From NCBI GenBank assembly GCA_964498585.1, contig CAZCHH010000009.1:3613-67612 (forward strand): 64,000 bases of DNA, read 5' to 3'. This document shows, piece by piece, positions 8,657-19,177 of this stretch (position 1 is the first letter of the stretch; every line of letters begins with the position of its first letter). Below the pieces are notes generated by a model. That model ran no database searches. It saw nothing but the letters and a program-made list of their open reading frames with translations, and had not been told where the DNA came from. The stretch is from an uncultured Hyphomicrobiales bacterium (lineage in GTDB: Bacteria; Bacteroidota; Ignavibacteria; Kapaibacteriales; UBA2268). The position numbers and the translations under genes are program-made.

Positions 8657-11038
8657 ATGAATAAAAAAATACTTTTTATGATAACATTGGTTTTCTTGTC
8701 TTTGAATCTTATTGCTCAAGAACCAAGTTGCAAATCTGACTTATCAAAGAAAAATACAGAATTTAAAGTTGTTGAATTCCAAAATAGTAAGAGATTTTTC
8801 GATAAATCTGCACTGGGAATAACAAACAGTAAAGATTTTTTCAGAGAATTAATTCCGTTTGGGCAGGCAGAAGTATATAACCCGGGAAAGTATAAGAGCA
8901 ATTTTAAATTATCAGATTCGTTCCTTTCTGACGATAATATGTATTTAAATGATTCAGTTTTTCTCAAAAAATTATTGCCTGCAGGCCAAAATCTTGGAGT
9001 AAAAATTAAAGTAGCTACAAGAAAATTTGAAATCATTTCTCCTTATAATTTGACAGATGAAGCAAAAGCAGCTGTTCAAAAAGCCCCTAAATGGATTAGA
9101 AATGTGTTAGAAAGCACACTTTCTCAACTTTATCAAAATCGACAAATTGAATTAGCAAATATTATCAATAATTCAAACGACCCGTATATTGATGAAATTG
9201 CTTATGCAATCGCTTATTCTTCAACCGTATATTTAAATGGTCCTTATTGCTATCCCCAACTATTTATCGATAATGCTCAAGACATATATTCTCATGACAC
9301 ACATCTAAATTACGTAGAAGTTGTTGATTATGGGACCTCTGATACCGATGAAGATTATTATTCAACCTTAAAGTATTACAAAATTGACGCTGACAATAAT
9401 AAAATTCAAATCGAAGTACCTAAAGAAATCTATTATGAATATGTGGTTCATCCAAAAATTACCGATGAAATACCTGCATATATAGATGCACAAGCAGTTG
9501 AATACGGTTCTAACAATTCACATACGCTTAATATTACTGGCCCTGAAACAGGTAAATTTTGGAGAGATTACTTGTTTAATCATACAGAAGAAAGAATAGA
9601 TGTATCGGGAACTTATTATCCTGTTTTAAAAGAAAGTATGAGTCAATGTGAGGTTTTGTGGGACGAAACAAACATTAAAAGCAGCGCTGTAAAAGAAATT
9701 ACTAATTGGATAAATGATGTTATGGATTTTACTTCCGGAGTCGAAAGACCACATCAGCCAATTAGAATTTATTCTTTACATATAGGTCGTTGTGGAGAAC
9801 ACGAAGACTTAGCTGCTGCTGTTGCAAGAGCTTGTCTAATACCTTGCAGAGGTATCGAAGCATATTCATCTGACCACGTCTGGAATGAATTTTGGGATGA
9901 ACAATGGTGGCAATGGGAACCAGTAAATAATTCTTATAAAGATTTTTATTGCTATTCTAAAGGTTGGAAAAAGAAATTTGGTTCAATATTTGCCCGAGAA
10001 AGCTCCGGTGCCGTTGTTTCTGTTACTGATAGTTATTGCGAAAACACATCACAGCTAACAATTTATGCGTTAGATGCTAACAATAAACCTATTGATGGTG
10101 CTTTAGTTCAAATAGCTGCTCAAGGAACGATTAAAAACCCAAACCCACAAGAACCAGACCCAATCATTTATGATACTTATGGAACTACTGATAATGAAGG
10201 AAAATGTGTTTTTGCTGTTGATAGTAATGTAAATTATTTTGCCAGAGTTGATTGCAGTATTGGAAGTAGTCCTTCAGCTTCAAATAGCGTAATTCCTTTA
10301 ATGCAGAATACTCTACCAGATACTTCCTACCAATTTTTTATTGGAATATCAAATTCAATGCCCAGAGCGAAATTTACAAATATCAATATTCCATCAGATA
10401 CAACGGTTCTTTTTAGTTTGAAAGTTAATTACACTTTGCATAATTCTTTAATAAAAAACTTTATGTATTTTGATGACCTTAATAATCAGCGGATTTATTC
10501 TAAAGGACCTGTCATTGAACCAAATATTTTTATAACTGATGAAGAAAATTTCAATAAAATGGTTAATAACACTGATTTTCAGGCAATTTCCAAAACAAAT
10601 GAAGCAATTAGCAATTCATTTTCATTTAATATTAGCTCTGAAGAAAAAAACTGGTATTGCATCTTTAATAATGACAATATTCTAAACAACTACGCTTCTT
10701 TTAGTGCTTCATTTGCTTTATATTTATCTCCATTGCTCTCAGTTGAAAATAATAAAATTGAAGATAATTTTGAAATTTCTATTTTTCCAAATCCAGTAAC
10801 AAATGAAGCTCAAATCACTTTTAATATACAAAATCGTAGTTTAGTGAATTTAGAAATTGTTAATTCAAATGGTTATGTTGTTAACAGTATAGTCAACACT
10901 CAATTAGAAAAAGGAGAATACAAATACAATTTCCAGTGCAATGATATTAATATGAATAGCTTAAATTCCGGTATCTATTTATTGAGATTGACTAAAGATA
11001 ATGCAGTAATTACTAAAAAGTTCATTATTTTAAATTAA
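8657..11038 (+). CDS. Secreted protein with a transglutaminase-like cysteine-protease core and a T9SS C-terminal sorting domain.
   Basis: Signal peptide present. GRCGEH...DHVWNEFWDE resembles a transglutaminase-like Cys/His core. The C-terminus, FPNPVTNEAQITF...GIYLLRLTKDN...KFIIL, is a T9SS sorting domain. Confidence 0.55.
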   Translation: MNKKILFMITLVFLSLNLIAQEPSCKSDLSKKNTEFKVVEFQNSKRFFDKSALGITNSKDFFRELIPFGQAEVYNPGKYKSNFKLSDSFLSDDNMYLNDSVFLKKLLPAGQNLGVKIKVATRKFEIISPYNLTDEAKAAVQKAPKWIRNVLESTLSQLYQNRQIELANIINNSNDPYIDEIAYAIAYSSTVYLNGPYCYPQLFIDNAQDIYSHDTHLNYVEVVDYGTSDTDEDYYSTLKYYKIDADNNKIQIEVPKEIYYEYVVHPKITDEIPAYIDAQAVEYGSNNSHTLNITGPETGKFWRDYLFNHTEERIDVSGTYYPVLKESMSQCEVLWDETNIKSSAVKEITNWINDVMDFTSGVERPHQPIRIYSLHIGRCGEHEDLAAAVARACLIPCRGIEAYSSDHVWNEFWDEQWWQWEPVNNSYKDFYCYSKGWKKKFGSIFARESSGAVVSVTDSYCENTSQLTIYALDANNKPIDGALVQIAAQGTIKNPNPQEPDPIIYDTYGTTDNEGKCVFAVDSNVNYFARVDCSIGSSPSASNSVIPLMQNTLPDTSYQFFIGISNSMPRAKFTNINIPSDTTVLFSLKVNYTLHNSLIKNFMYFDDLNNQRIYSKGPVIEPNIFITDEENFNKMVNNTDFQAISKTNEAISNSFSFNISSEEKNWYCIFNNDNILNNYASFSASFALYLSPLLSVENNKIEDNFEISIFPNPVTNEAQITFNIQNRSLVNLEIVNSNGYVVNSIVNTQLEKGEYKYNFQCNDINMNSLNSGIYLLRLTKDNAVITKKFIILN

Positions 11039-11130
11039 GATTTCAACTTTTTTGTTGTATTAAGTATATGTAATTTCATTTCCTATTTGAAATAATACAT
11101 ATAGTTGTATATAATAATTAATATTTTTCT

Positions 11131-11640
11131 GTCATTCCAAATCCCCAGATAAAGCAAATGCTTTATTATAATGGAGATGACAACATTAAATGTGTCATTC
11201 TGACGGATGTCAGAATCCATCTTATTATTATTCAACGCTATTCAATTTTAGTTAATTCATTGAAGCATTTGGGCTTGCCCAAATGTATCGTGAGCAAGCA
11301 CACTTGCTTTCCTAAGATGGATTCTGGCAGGCACCTGAATCCATCTTGGTTTTGTCTAATCAGAACGGACAAAGAGGCCATTAGTTGTTAGTAAAAATAC
11401 TAATGAGTAACAACTAATGATAAAAAAACAAATCAACCATCGGGTTAACCCGATGGTTGATTATAATGATAGATTCTGACATCCTTACCATTGACATCTT
11501 TTTTTGTCGGTCATTCTGAAGCGTTGTGAAGAATCCAGAGAAAGTGGTTTAAAGGAAATATTCTGGATTCTTCGTTGTGTTCAGAATGACAGTGTTAAGT
11601 TATTTCATCTCCTTTTAAATAAAGTATCTGCTTCATTTTG
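11131..11640. repeat. Mosaic hairpin cluster: A (11131-11182), a D-family composite MITE (11194-11486), B (11510-11589) and an A fragment.
   Basis: D terminal inverted repeat is gtcattctgacggatgtcagaatccatctt. Also contains the palindrome caaccatcgggttaacccgatggttg. The core recurs at 50462-50575 and 62345-62450. Confidence 0.7.
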
Positions 11641-11665
11641 GAGTTCGAGCAGTTTTATCAAAAAA

Positions 11666-12028
11666 CTAATTCTTTACTAGGTTATTCTTTTCCCAAGTAA
11701 ACTGGTAAGTTGTCCTAGAGCTATCAGAACAAACAATGATGTATTTAATACTCATTGGAGCTATAATTTGTGCTTCTGATGTTTGGAATTTCACTTTTTT
11801 ATCAACTTCAACTCTTTTCAAAATCAATTCCTTTGCTGCACTATCAGAAATAAAACCATCTACACGAATTGTGTATCTTTTACCATAAATTGTTCCATCG
11901 CCAAAAATAGTTGAGTCTAACTTGGCAATTTCACCACTGCCTTTTTCTTTATTAGGGCCTTCTTTTTCAGAACAGGAAACGATAACTATGCTAAAACAAG
12001 CAATTAGAATTAGTAATAAATTTTTCAT
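11666..12028 (-). CDS. Hypothetical lipoprotein.
   Basis: Signal peptide and lipobox (VIVSCSEK). 120 aa. Confidence 0.4.
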   Translation of the reverse strand: MKNLLLILIACFSIVIVSCSEKEGPNKEKGSGEIAKLDSTIFGDGTIYGKRYTIRVDGFISDSAAKELILKRVEVDKKVKFQTSEAQIIAPMSIKYIIVCSDSSRTTYQFTWEKNNLVKN

Positions 12029-12100
12029 AGCAATTATTTTTTAATTAATAATAAAATTTTGAACTAAATTACAATAGAATTTGTTTTTATACAAGAAAAA

Positions 12101-13816
12101 TTATCTGCAGCTTGAGCAACGCCCACATACAGATTGGTATTCGTCATCTTCAAAGTAGTCTAAAATAAAATTTCTCTTGCATTTGTCAGTAGATGCGTAT
12201 TCAAATACAAGATTCGCTTTTTCGTAAGCCCTGTCCCTACGTCTTTTTATATCTTTAAAATCAACAGGTATTTCGTTGTCTTTTCTTCTTTTATCTAACA
12301 AAATAATTCCCGGCGGAGTGGGCATTGTAAAATCAATTAATCCACTTAATTTGAATGAATTTAGAGCTGTTATAAATTCGTCATAATGAAAAAAATATTT
12401 CTTTAAAAAGTAGTTAATATTAAATTCAACCGGTCGATTGAATGCCGATGACGAAATTGAACGCAGTATTGCTTCCAAAATCTTTTTACGCTGCCCTGTA
12501 ATGTTTGTGTAATATTCTAAAAACCTTTCGCGTGAACTGTTTAGTCTTATCATTGAAGGAACAAATTTTACATTCTCAGTAATAATTTTTGCTTTATCAA
12601 GAAATTTTAAGATGGATTGGCAGGAATATATCGGAATTTTGGATAAATTTGAGATTTGCTCTACTGAAAGAGTTATTGGCAAAGATGACATTTCATTAAT
12701 TTTTACATTATGAACATCATAAAGAGCATTATAAACACAGACGAATTCATTGAAAAACGGATAGTTTGAATTAATAAAAAAGTCTTGCAAATAAGTATCA
12801 TTATCGTTATAAAACAAATAGCAGTAAGCTCCTTTTCCATCGCGACCGGCACGTCCTGCCTCCTGATAGTATGCTTCGAGCGTTTGCGGCAAATCTGTAT
12901 GAATGACATTGCGGACATTTGCTTTATCAATGCCCATTCCAAAGGCATTTGTAGCAATAATCACAGAACTTTCCTTATTCAAAAAAGCTTCCTGTGTTTT
13001 CTTGCGCGTTTTGTCTTCCAGCCCGGCATGATAAATCAAAACATCGTGCCGCATCTCCTGAAGCAATGAGCCGTATTCTTCTACTTTCTTTCTTGTTCCA
13101 CAATAAATTATTGTTGAACCACTCTTCGTTTTGTCAAGAACACGGGAAATGCTGTTTTCTTTCTTATAAATCACTTCCTTTGTAATATAGTGCAGATTTG
13201 GTCGGTCGAAACCACGTATGAATTTCTTTACATTCTTTATTTTTAGCGATTTTATTATATCATTCTGGACTTCTGGGGTAGCAGTTGCGGTAAGGGCAAT
13301 AATTGGTATTTGGGGCAGTTCTTCCAATGTCCTTGAAATAAGCAGATAAGAAGGGCGGAAATCGTGTCCCCATTCTGATATACAGTGGGCTTCGTCAATT
13401 GCGAGAAAAGAAATACGAATGAGTTTTAAAGCTTCGATAAAACGATTGCTGTCAAGTCGTTCCGGCGCTATATAAACAATTTTGTAGTTTCCTTCAATCA
13501 TTTCGTTTATACGAAAATTCATCTGCTCAAGCTCAATGGAACTGTTAATAAAAGTTGCAGGAATGTCAATTTTATTTAAGGTATCTACCTGGTCTTTCAT
13601 CAATGCAATTAATGGGGAAATCACTATTGCGGTTCCTTCGGAAATAATTGCTGGGAGTTGGTAGCAAAGCGATTTTCCGCCACCGGTTGGCATTACTACA
13701 AGCGTGTTCTTTCCTTCTAATATCGTTTGAACAATTTCGTCCTGCCCTTTGCGAAAGCAATCGTGTCCAAAGTTTTCCTTTAATTTTCTATTCAATAATT
13801 CAATGCTATACTTCAT
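12101..13816 (-). CDS. recQ: ATP-dependent DNA helicase RecQ.
   Basis: Has the motif I contact GQDEI and Walker A (PTGGGKSLCYQLPA), DEAH (AIDEAHCISEWGHDFRP), helicase C, and a C-terminal Zn-binding cysteine cluster. Confidence 0.85.
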   Translation of the reverse strand: MKYSIELLNRKLKENFGHDCFRKGQDEIVQTILEGKNTLVVMPTGGGKSLCYQLPAIISEGTAIVISPLIALMKDQVDTLNKIDIPATFINSSIELEQMNFRINEMIEGNYKIVYIAPERLDSNRFIEALKLIRISFLAIDEAHCISEWGHDFRPSYLLISRTLEELPQIPIIALTATATPEVQNDIIKSLKIKNVKKFIRGFDRPNLHYITKEVIYKKENSISRVLDKTKSGSTIIYCGTRKKVEEYGSLLQEMRHDVLIYHAGLEDKTRKKTQEAFLNKESSVIIATNAFGMGIDKANVRNVIHTDLPQTLEAYYQEAGRAGRDGKGAYCYLFYNDNDTYLQDFFINSNYPFFNEFVCVYNALYDVHNVKINEMSSLPITLSVEQISNLSKIPIYSCQSILKFLDKAKIITENVKFVPSMIRLNSSRERFLEYYTNITGQRKKILEAILRSISSSAFNRPVEFNINYFLKKYFFHYDEFITALNSFKLSGLIDFTMPTPPGIILLDKRRKDNEIPVDFKDIKRRRDRAYEKANLVFEYASTDKCKRNFILDYFEDDEYQSVCGRCSSCR

Positions 13817-13940
13817 AAATGCAAAATTACGAAAGATAGAGTTTAAAAAATTTTTAATTTTTAATTTTTTTTTGAGATAAAATTCAAAAAAATGTGTTTT
13901 TATAATTAGAGTATGTTACAAAATAAAAAAACTTTTTATA

Positions 13941-16900
13941 ATGAGATATTTCATATTTATTCTTTTCTTTGTTTTTTCAAACATTTTATTAGCAAATAAC
14001 TCTATTGTTATCAATGAAGTATGTGCATCAAATGACAAATCTTTGCTTGATGAAGATTACGAAGCAAGCGATTGGCTCGAGCTTTATAATACAACAGATT
14101 CTTCAATAAATTTAAAAGAATGGAGAATTTACGACAAAAACGATTTTTCAAACGCATGGATTTTACCAGATACAGTAATTGAAGCAAAAAGCTATTTGAT
14201 TTTATTTGCTTCTGGCAAAGACCGGGTAAGCAGTGGATATTATAGAATTGAAGCTGGTGGAACAGGAGCAGTAGAATGGGCATATTGCGATTATTTTCGT
14301 TATCATTATCTAAAAGTAGCAGGTGATTTTGATATATCTGTTAAGATCCCTTATTTAGTTTCTGATTTCCTATTTTCTATAGCAGGTTTAATGATTAGAG
14401 ATTCATTAACTTTATCTTCGAACTATATTGGAATGTATTCTCAGCTACAAAGACGTGGCTCTTATTTTTGCATATTTCGACAAGATACTTCAATAATTCC
14501 TTCTTTAGTTCATGCATATAAAGAAGTAGAATATCCTGATGTAAATGTAAGGATTTCACGAAGAAATGATACGGTAACAACATATTACTGGTATAAAGAT
14601 TTTCAGGATTGGCTAATAATGGGACAGTTTTTTAATCAAAACCAAGACAGTGTTTATCTTGGAATTACTCTAACAGGTGCATTAAAAGATTCAATTCCTA
14701 TAGCATATTTTTCAGATTTAGTGCTAGATGGTGATACTATTAGTCTTGATAAATTATCAGTATTTGATAATACGACTTATAATAATTCAAGTTTTTATTT
14801 TAATGAATTGCATACAAATTTTGAATTAAGTAAAGATGGTGAGAAGATTTTTCTTTGGGATAGAAATGGTAAACTAAAAGATGAATTTGAAGTTCCTAAA
14901 TTAGCAACTGATGTTAGTTTTGGAAGATTTTCAGATGGCAAAGCAAGAAAAATGTACTTTTTTCCGGCAACTCCAGAAAAAACCAACCAAAATGAGCTTA
15001 AAAAAATTCTCAACGAACCGATATTTTCAGTAGTTGGAGGATTATTTAGTAAGGCTTTAAATTTAACATTTACTTGTGAAGAAGAAAATGCAAATATTTT
15101 CTATACATTAGATTGCTCTGAACCAACAGAAAACTCTATACTATACTTAGGAGAAAGCATATTAATTGATAGCACCATTGTTATAAGAGCTAGAATTTTT
15201 AAAGATAATTGCTATCCGAGCAGAATAGTATCTAATTCATATATTTTTGACAACCCTGATGGAATTCCTATTGTGTCTATTGTTGCTTCTCCGTTGAGTT
15301 TAAATGATTCGATAAACGGTATCTTTTCACCAATTAATATTTTAAAAAATATTGAGATTCCAGTTAGTTTTACATACTGGGATGTTGATCCAAAACAAAA
15401 TTATAAAAGTGAGATTGGAATAAGAATTCATGGTAATTATGCACGAACACTTCCGCAGAAAGCTTTAAGATTGATATCAAGAAGTAAATATGAAAACAGT
15501 GAATTTGAATTTAATTTTTTTGGAGAACAATCACTAAAAAAATATAAAAAATTTGTGCTGCATAATAGTTCAAATGATTGGCAAAAAACATTAATAAGAA
15601 ATGATTTCTCTACTATTTTGTCAAAAAAGATTTTATATAAAGAAACACCAAATTCTAAACTTGTTATAACATACTTAAATGGAGATTATTATGGTATAAT
15701 GCATCTTATGGAAAGAATTGATGAAGACTATTTATCAGTAGCTTTTGATGTTGACGAGAAAAAAATCAATTATTTAAGAGATTATAATTTAATTAAAGCA
15801 GGAACCGGTATTGATTACCTTTCAATGTATAACAAAATAATGCAAATGGATATGGATAACGATTCGTCTTATAATGAAATTTCAAAGCTTATTGATATTG
15901 ATAATTTTATTGATTATACATTTTTAGAGAATTTCTGTGTCAATTTAGATTGGCCATATAAAAATATTAAATACTGGAATTCTTCTGAAATTGATTCAAA
16001 ATGGAGATGGTTATGGGACGATATGGATTTATGCTTTGGAAACTGGGGATTTTATCATACAGATATAATTAAACAAATGTGCATTTATGATAGCTCTTAT
16101 TTTTCTTTATTTTTCCAAAAATTAATCAAAAATAAAACACTTACTTTAAAACTTATAAATAGATGGGCTGATTTATTAAATTCTTCTTTTCATGAATATG
16201 AAACAGTGCCTATTTGGGATAGTTTAGTAAATAATATTCGTCCATTTATCTCAAGACATCATGAATTATGGGACAGTTCTGCAATTGATTGGGAAGATGA
16301 AACTATTGTAGTTACAAAATTTTTAAAAAGGCGCCCTGCTGCATTAAGGTCACAATTGTTATATAATTTCAATTTAAAAGATTCATTGATTTTAAGCATT
16401 GATTCAGATAATAAATATAATAAGTACATTAGAATTAACTCTCTTTCATTAAAAGAATTTCCCTGGACAGGTATCTATTTCCAGGGCATTCCAATTACTC
16501 TTGAAGCAGTGCCGAAGCCCGGATATGAGTTTGTTAGCTGGGGAAATGAATTACTGCCAGACACCTGCTTCCTCGAAATTGCTTTCGATACCTCGGAAGT
16601 TGTTTTAAATCCTATATTTAGACAAAAAGGAAATGACGACCGGACAATTATTTTCAATGAAATTATGTATAAAAGTTCAGATGATTTAAATTGTGGCGAC
16701 TGGGTTGAACTTTATAATATTTCTGATAAAACTGTTGATATTTCGAACTGGATTTTCAAAGATGATGACGATGAGCATATCTTTATAATTCCTCAAGAGA
16801 CTACCTTAAAATCAGAAGAATATCTTGTTTTATGTGAGAACGAAGAAGAGTTTTCAAATACTTATCCTAATGTATTGAATTATATAGGAAATTTCGACTT

Positions 16901-17414
16901 TGGACTTGGGCGTCCAGACATTATTCGATTGTTCGATTCAGATAACAAACTAATTGATTCTGTTGCTTATTCAAATGCTGCACCTTGGGACGCAAATGCC
17001 GATGGCACCGGTTACAGTTTAGAACTGAATAAATTCAATATTGACAATAATAATCCACTTAACTGGTATGCTTCATTAGTAAATGGAGGCACTCCGGGCG
17101 AATTAAATTCTGAATACGTATCAGTCGAAGAAATAGAAACGGAAAACGGAATATATTTTAAATGTTATCCAAATCCTTTAAGTGATTATTCTGTAATAGA
17201 GTATGCAGTTCCATTCAACACAAATATTTCAATTAATATTCATAATTTACTTGGAAATAAAATCTATGAAATATATTCTGGGTTGGCTGAAAAAAACAGG
17301 ATTCATTTTTCAACTGAATCACTTGCAAAAGGAGTATATTTTATTAAATTTGAAGCTGTAATTGAAAATAAAAAAGCAGTGAAGGTATTGCAGGTTGTAA
17401 AAGGAGAGTTCTAA
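13941..17414 (+). CDS. Secreted protein with two lamin-tail domains, a CotH kinase-like domain and a T9SS C-terminal sorting domain.
   Basis: N-terminal LTD (VINEVCASN...DWLELYN) and a second LTD (IIFNEIMYKSSDD...DWVELYN). CotH-like segment GIRIHGNYARTLPQKALRLI. C-terminus is YPNPLSD...GVYFIKFEAV. Confidence 0.6.
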   Translation: MRYFIFILFFVFSNILLANNSIVINEVCASNDKSLLDEDYEASDWLELYNTTDSSINLKEWRIYDKNDFSNAWILPDTVIEAKSYLILFASGKDRVSSGYYRIEAGGTGAVEWAYCDYFRYHYLKVAGDFDISVKIPYLVSDFLFSIAGLMIRDSLTLSSNYIGMYSQLQRRGSYFCIFRQDTSIIPSLVHAYKEVEYPDVNVRISRRNDTVTTYYWYKDFQDWLIMGQFFNQNQDSVYLGITLTGALKDSIPIAYFSDLVLDGDTISLDKLSVFDNTTYNNSSFYFNELHTNFELSKDGEKIFLWDRNGKLKDEFEVPKLATDVSFGRFSDGKARKMYFFPATPEKTNQNELKKILNEPIFSVVGGLFSKALNLTFTCEEENANIFYTLDCSEPTENSILYLGESILIDSTIVIRARIFKDNCYPSRIVSNSYIFDNPDGIPIVSIVASPLSLNDSINGIFSPINILKNIEIPVSFTYWDVDPKQNYKSEIGIRIHGNYARTLPQKALRLISRSKYENSEFEFNFFGEQSLKKYKKFVLHNSSNDWQKTLIRNDFSTILSKKILYKETPNSKLVITYLNGDYYGIMHLMERIDEDYLSVAFDVDEKKINYLRDYNLIKAGTGIDYLSMYNKIMQMDMDNDSSYNEISKLIDIDNFIDYTFLENFCVNLDWPYKNIKYWNSSEIDSKWRWLWDDMDLCFGNWGFYHTDIIKQMCIYDSSYFSLFFQKLIKNKTLTLKLINRWADLLNSSFHEYETVPIWDSLVNNIRPFISRHHELWDSSAIDWEDETIVVTKFLKRRPAALRSQLLYNFNLKDSLILSIDSDNKYNKYIRINSLSLKEFPWTGIYFQGIPITLEAVPKPGYEFVSWGNELLPDTCFLEIAFDTSEVVLNPIFRQKGNDDRTIIFNEIMYKSSDDLNCGDWVELYNISDKTVDISNWIFKDDDDEHIFIIPQETTLKSEEYLVLCENEEEFSNTYPNVLNYIGNFDFGLGRPDIIRLFDSDNKLIDSVAYSNAAPWDANADGTGYSLELNKFNIDNNNPLNWYASLVNGGTPGELNSEYVSVEEIETENGIYFKCYPNPLSDYSVIEYAVPFNTNISINIHNLLGNKIYEIYSGLAEKNRIHFSTESLAKGVYFIKFEAVIENKKAVKVLQVVKGEF

Positions 17415-17434
17415 AAATTTGAAATTGTCTGTTA

Positions 17435-17552
17435 TTCCGAAACGAAGTGAAGAATCTCAAGTATCGTGGTAGCAAGGATTTGTGAGATTCTTCACTTCGT
17501 TTCGGATTGACAGCCCCCAGTCATACGAACAACTTGTTGCTCGTATGACTGG
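17435..17552. repeat. Hairpin element C (17435-17512) plus the hairpin cagtcatacgaacaacttgttgctcgtatgactgg (17518-17552).
   Basis: Lies between two convergent genes. The second hairpin resembles the family-G hairpins at 55395-55522. Confidence 0.6.
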
Positions 17553-17562
17553 AACAAAGAAA

Positions 17563-19152
17563 CTACTTTTCTTCTTTTTTGAAATGTGAGAGAATATCAA
17601 CACCGGTGGCGTTTTCAATCATTTCTGAAAGTGAAACAACGGAGCCGGGAAGCTGATTAACTAATTTTGCAAGATTGTTTGTTCCATTCCCGTTGCTGTC
17701 GATAATGCTAATTTTATCAATGTTTATTCCTTTTACTGTGCTAGAGAGTTGCTCAACGAGTTGCGGCAGAATATTTAGAATGAATACCTTTTCTGCATCG
17801 CTTCCGGCACTTGAATACGCCTTAATTGTCTGATTGATAATTGCAATTTTTGCTTCGCCATCGGCAATTATTGTAGCAGCTTTTCCTTTAGCTTCGAGTT
17901 CCATAGCTTCTTTCTTTGCCTTCGATGGTTCAATTACATCGGCAATTAATTTCTTTTGTTGCAAGCTAATGCGTTCCTGTTCAACTTCCTGCTCAAACAT
18001 CACAGCTGCTTTCTGACTTGAAATGCGTGCTTCATTTTCCTTAATCAGAGCTTCTTTGTCCAATTCAGCTTTCTTTATTCTATAATTATTATTCTCAATT
18101 TCGATGATTTGCTTTGCTTTAGCATCGGAAACGGCAATATTTTGCTCGGACTCTATTTGGGCAGTTTCAATTTCCTGTTTTGCCTTTGCTTTTGCTTTTT
18201 CTGCCCTTTCCTGAGCAAGTGCTTCAGCTTCTTTTGCTTCTGCCTGTTTTATTGAATTAGCAATGGCAATATTTTGCTCGGCATTAATTTGAGCAGTTTC
18301 AATTTCCTGTTTTGCCTTTGCCTTGGCTTTTTCAGCAATTTCATTTGCTTCAGCATCGGCTGCTTCAGTGGCAGCATCTTTATTAGCATTGGTTATGGCA
18401 ATATTTTTCTCTTTTTCAATTTGAGCTTTTTCAATGTCCTGATTGGCAATAACTTTAGCAATTTCAGCGCGTTTTAGTGCTGCTGCCCTTGCTTCTTCAG
18501 CTTCTGCCTTGTTGTCTGCTTCTGCTTTTTCAGCAGCTTTAATAAGTTCAGCGGTCTTCATTCTACCGATTGAATCAAGATAGCCGCGCTCGTCTGAAAT
18601 ATTTGTGATTTTGAGTGTATCAAGCTGAAGTCCTAATTTTTGCAAATCTGTTTCTGCTTCTTCCATCAAACTTTCTGCGAATTTCATTCTGTCCTGGTTT
18701 ACTTCTTCTGGAGTTAAAGAAGCAAGCACGCCGCGCAGGTTTCCTTCGAGAGTATCTTTTGCAATGCGATGAATTTCTTCCTGTGTCATCGTTAAAAATC
18801 TTTCTACAGCATTGCCGAAAGCGGGTTCTTTGGAATCAATTTTAATATTTGCAATAGCTTCAACGACAAGCGGGATACCGCCTTTTGAATACGCATTTTT
18901 AACAGACAGGTCAATAGGAATAGTTTCAAGCGACATACGCGATGCCTTTTCTATTAGTGGAATGCGCAATGCCCTACCACCGCGGATAATTCGATAGCCG
19001 ACTATATCGCCGGAAGTTAAACTTCTTTTTCTGCCAGATAGGATAATAACCTCATTTGGTTGTGAAATAAGCAGAAGACGACTTATTGAAATGAAAATGA
19101 AAATCACAGCTACTGCTGCAATCGCAACTAAAGTTAGAATTACAGTGTCCAT
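17563..19152 (-). CDS. Flotillin-like SPFH/band-7 protein (FloT/YuaG-like).
   Basis: N-terminal transmembrane segment and SPFH domain, followed by a long Ala/Glu/Lys-rich coiled coil with an internal repeat. Confidence 0.8.
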   Translation of the reverse strand: MDTVILTLVAIAAVAVIFIFISISRLLLISQPNEVIILSGRKRSLTSGDIVGYRIIRGGRALRIPLIEKASRMSLETIPIDLSVKNAYSKGGIPLVVEAIANIKIDSKEPAFGNAVERFLTMTQEEIHRIAKDTLEGNLRGVLASLTPEEVNQDRMKFAESLMEEAETDLQKLGLQLDTLKITNISDERGYLDSIGRMKTAELIKAAEKAEADNKAEAEEARAAALKRAEIAKVIANQDIEKAQIEKEKNIAITNANKDAATEAADAEANEIAEKAKAKAKQEIETAQINAEQNIAIANSIKQAEAKEAEALAQERAEKAKAKAKQEIETAQIESEQNIAVSDAKAKQIIEIENNNYRIKKAELDKEALIKENEARISSQKAAVMFEQEVEQERISLQQKKLIADVIEPSKAKKEAMELEAKGKAATIIADGEAKIAIINQTIKAYSSAGSDAEKVFILNILPQLVEQLSSTVKGINIDKISIIDSNGNGTNNLAKLVNQLPGSVVSLSEMIENATGVDILSHFKKEEK

Positions 19153-19177
19153 TTTTTTCCTTTAATTTTTAAAAAAT

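Noticed and set aside
11158-11391. ORFs 11158-11391 (77 aa) and 50382-50648 (88 aa), which share CFPKMDS..IRQND.
   Set aside because: They are translations of the conserved D-family MITE core and terminal repeat, so they are repeat artefacts and not a protein family.
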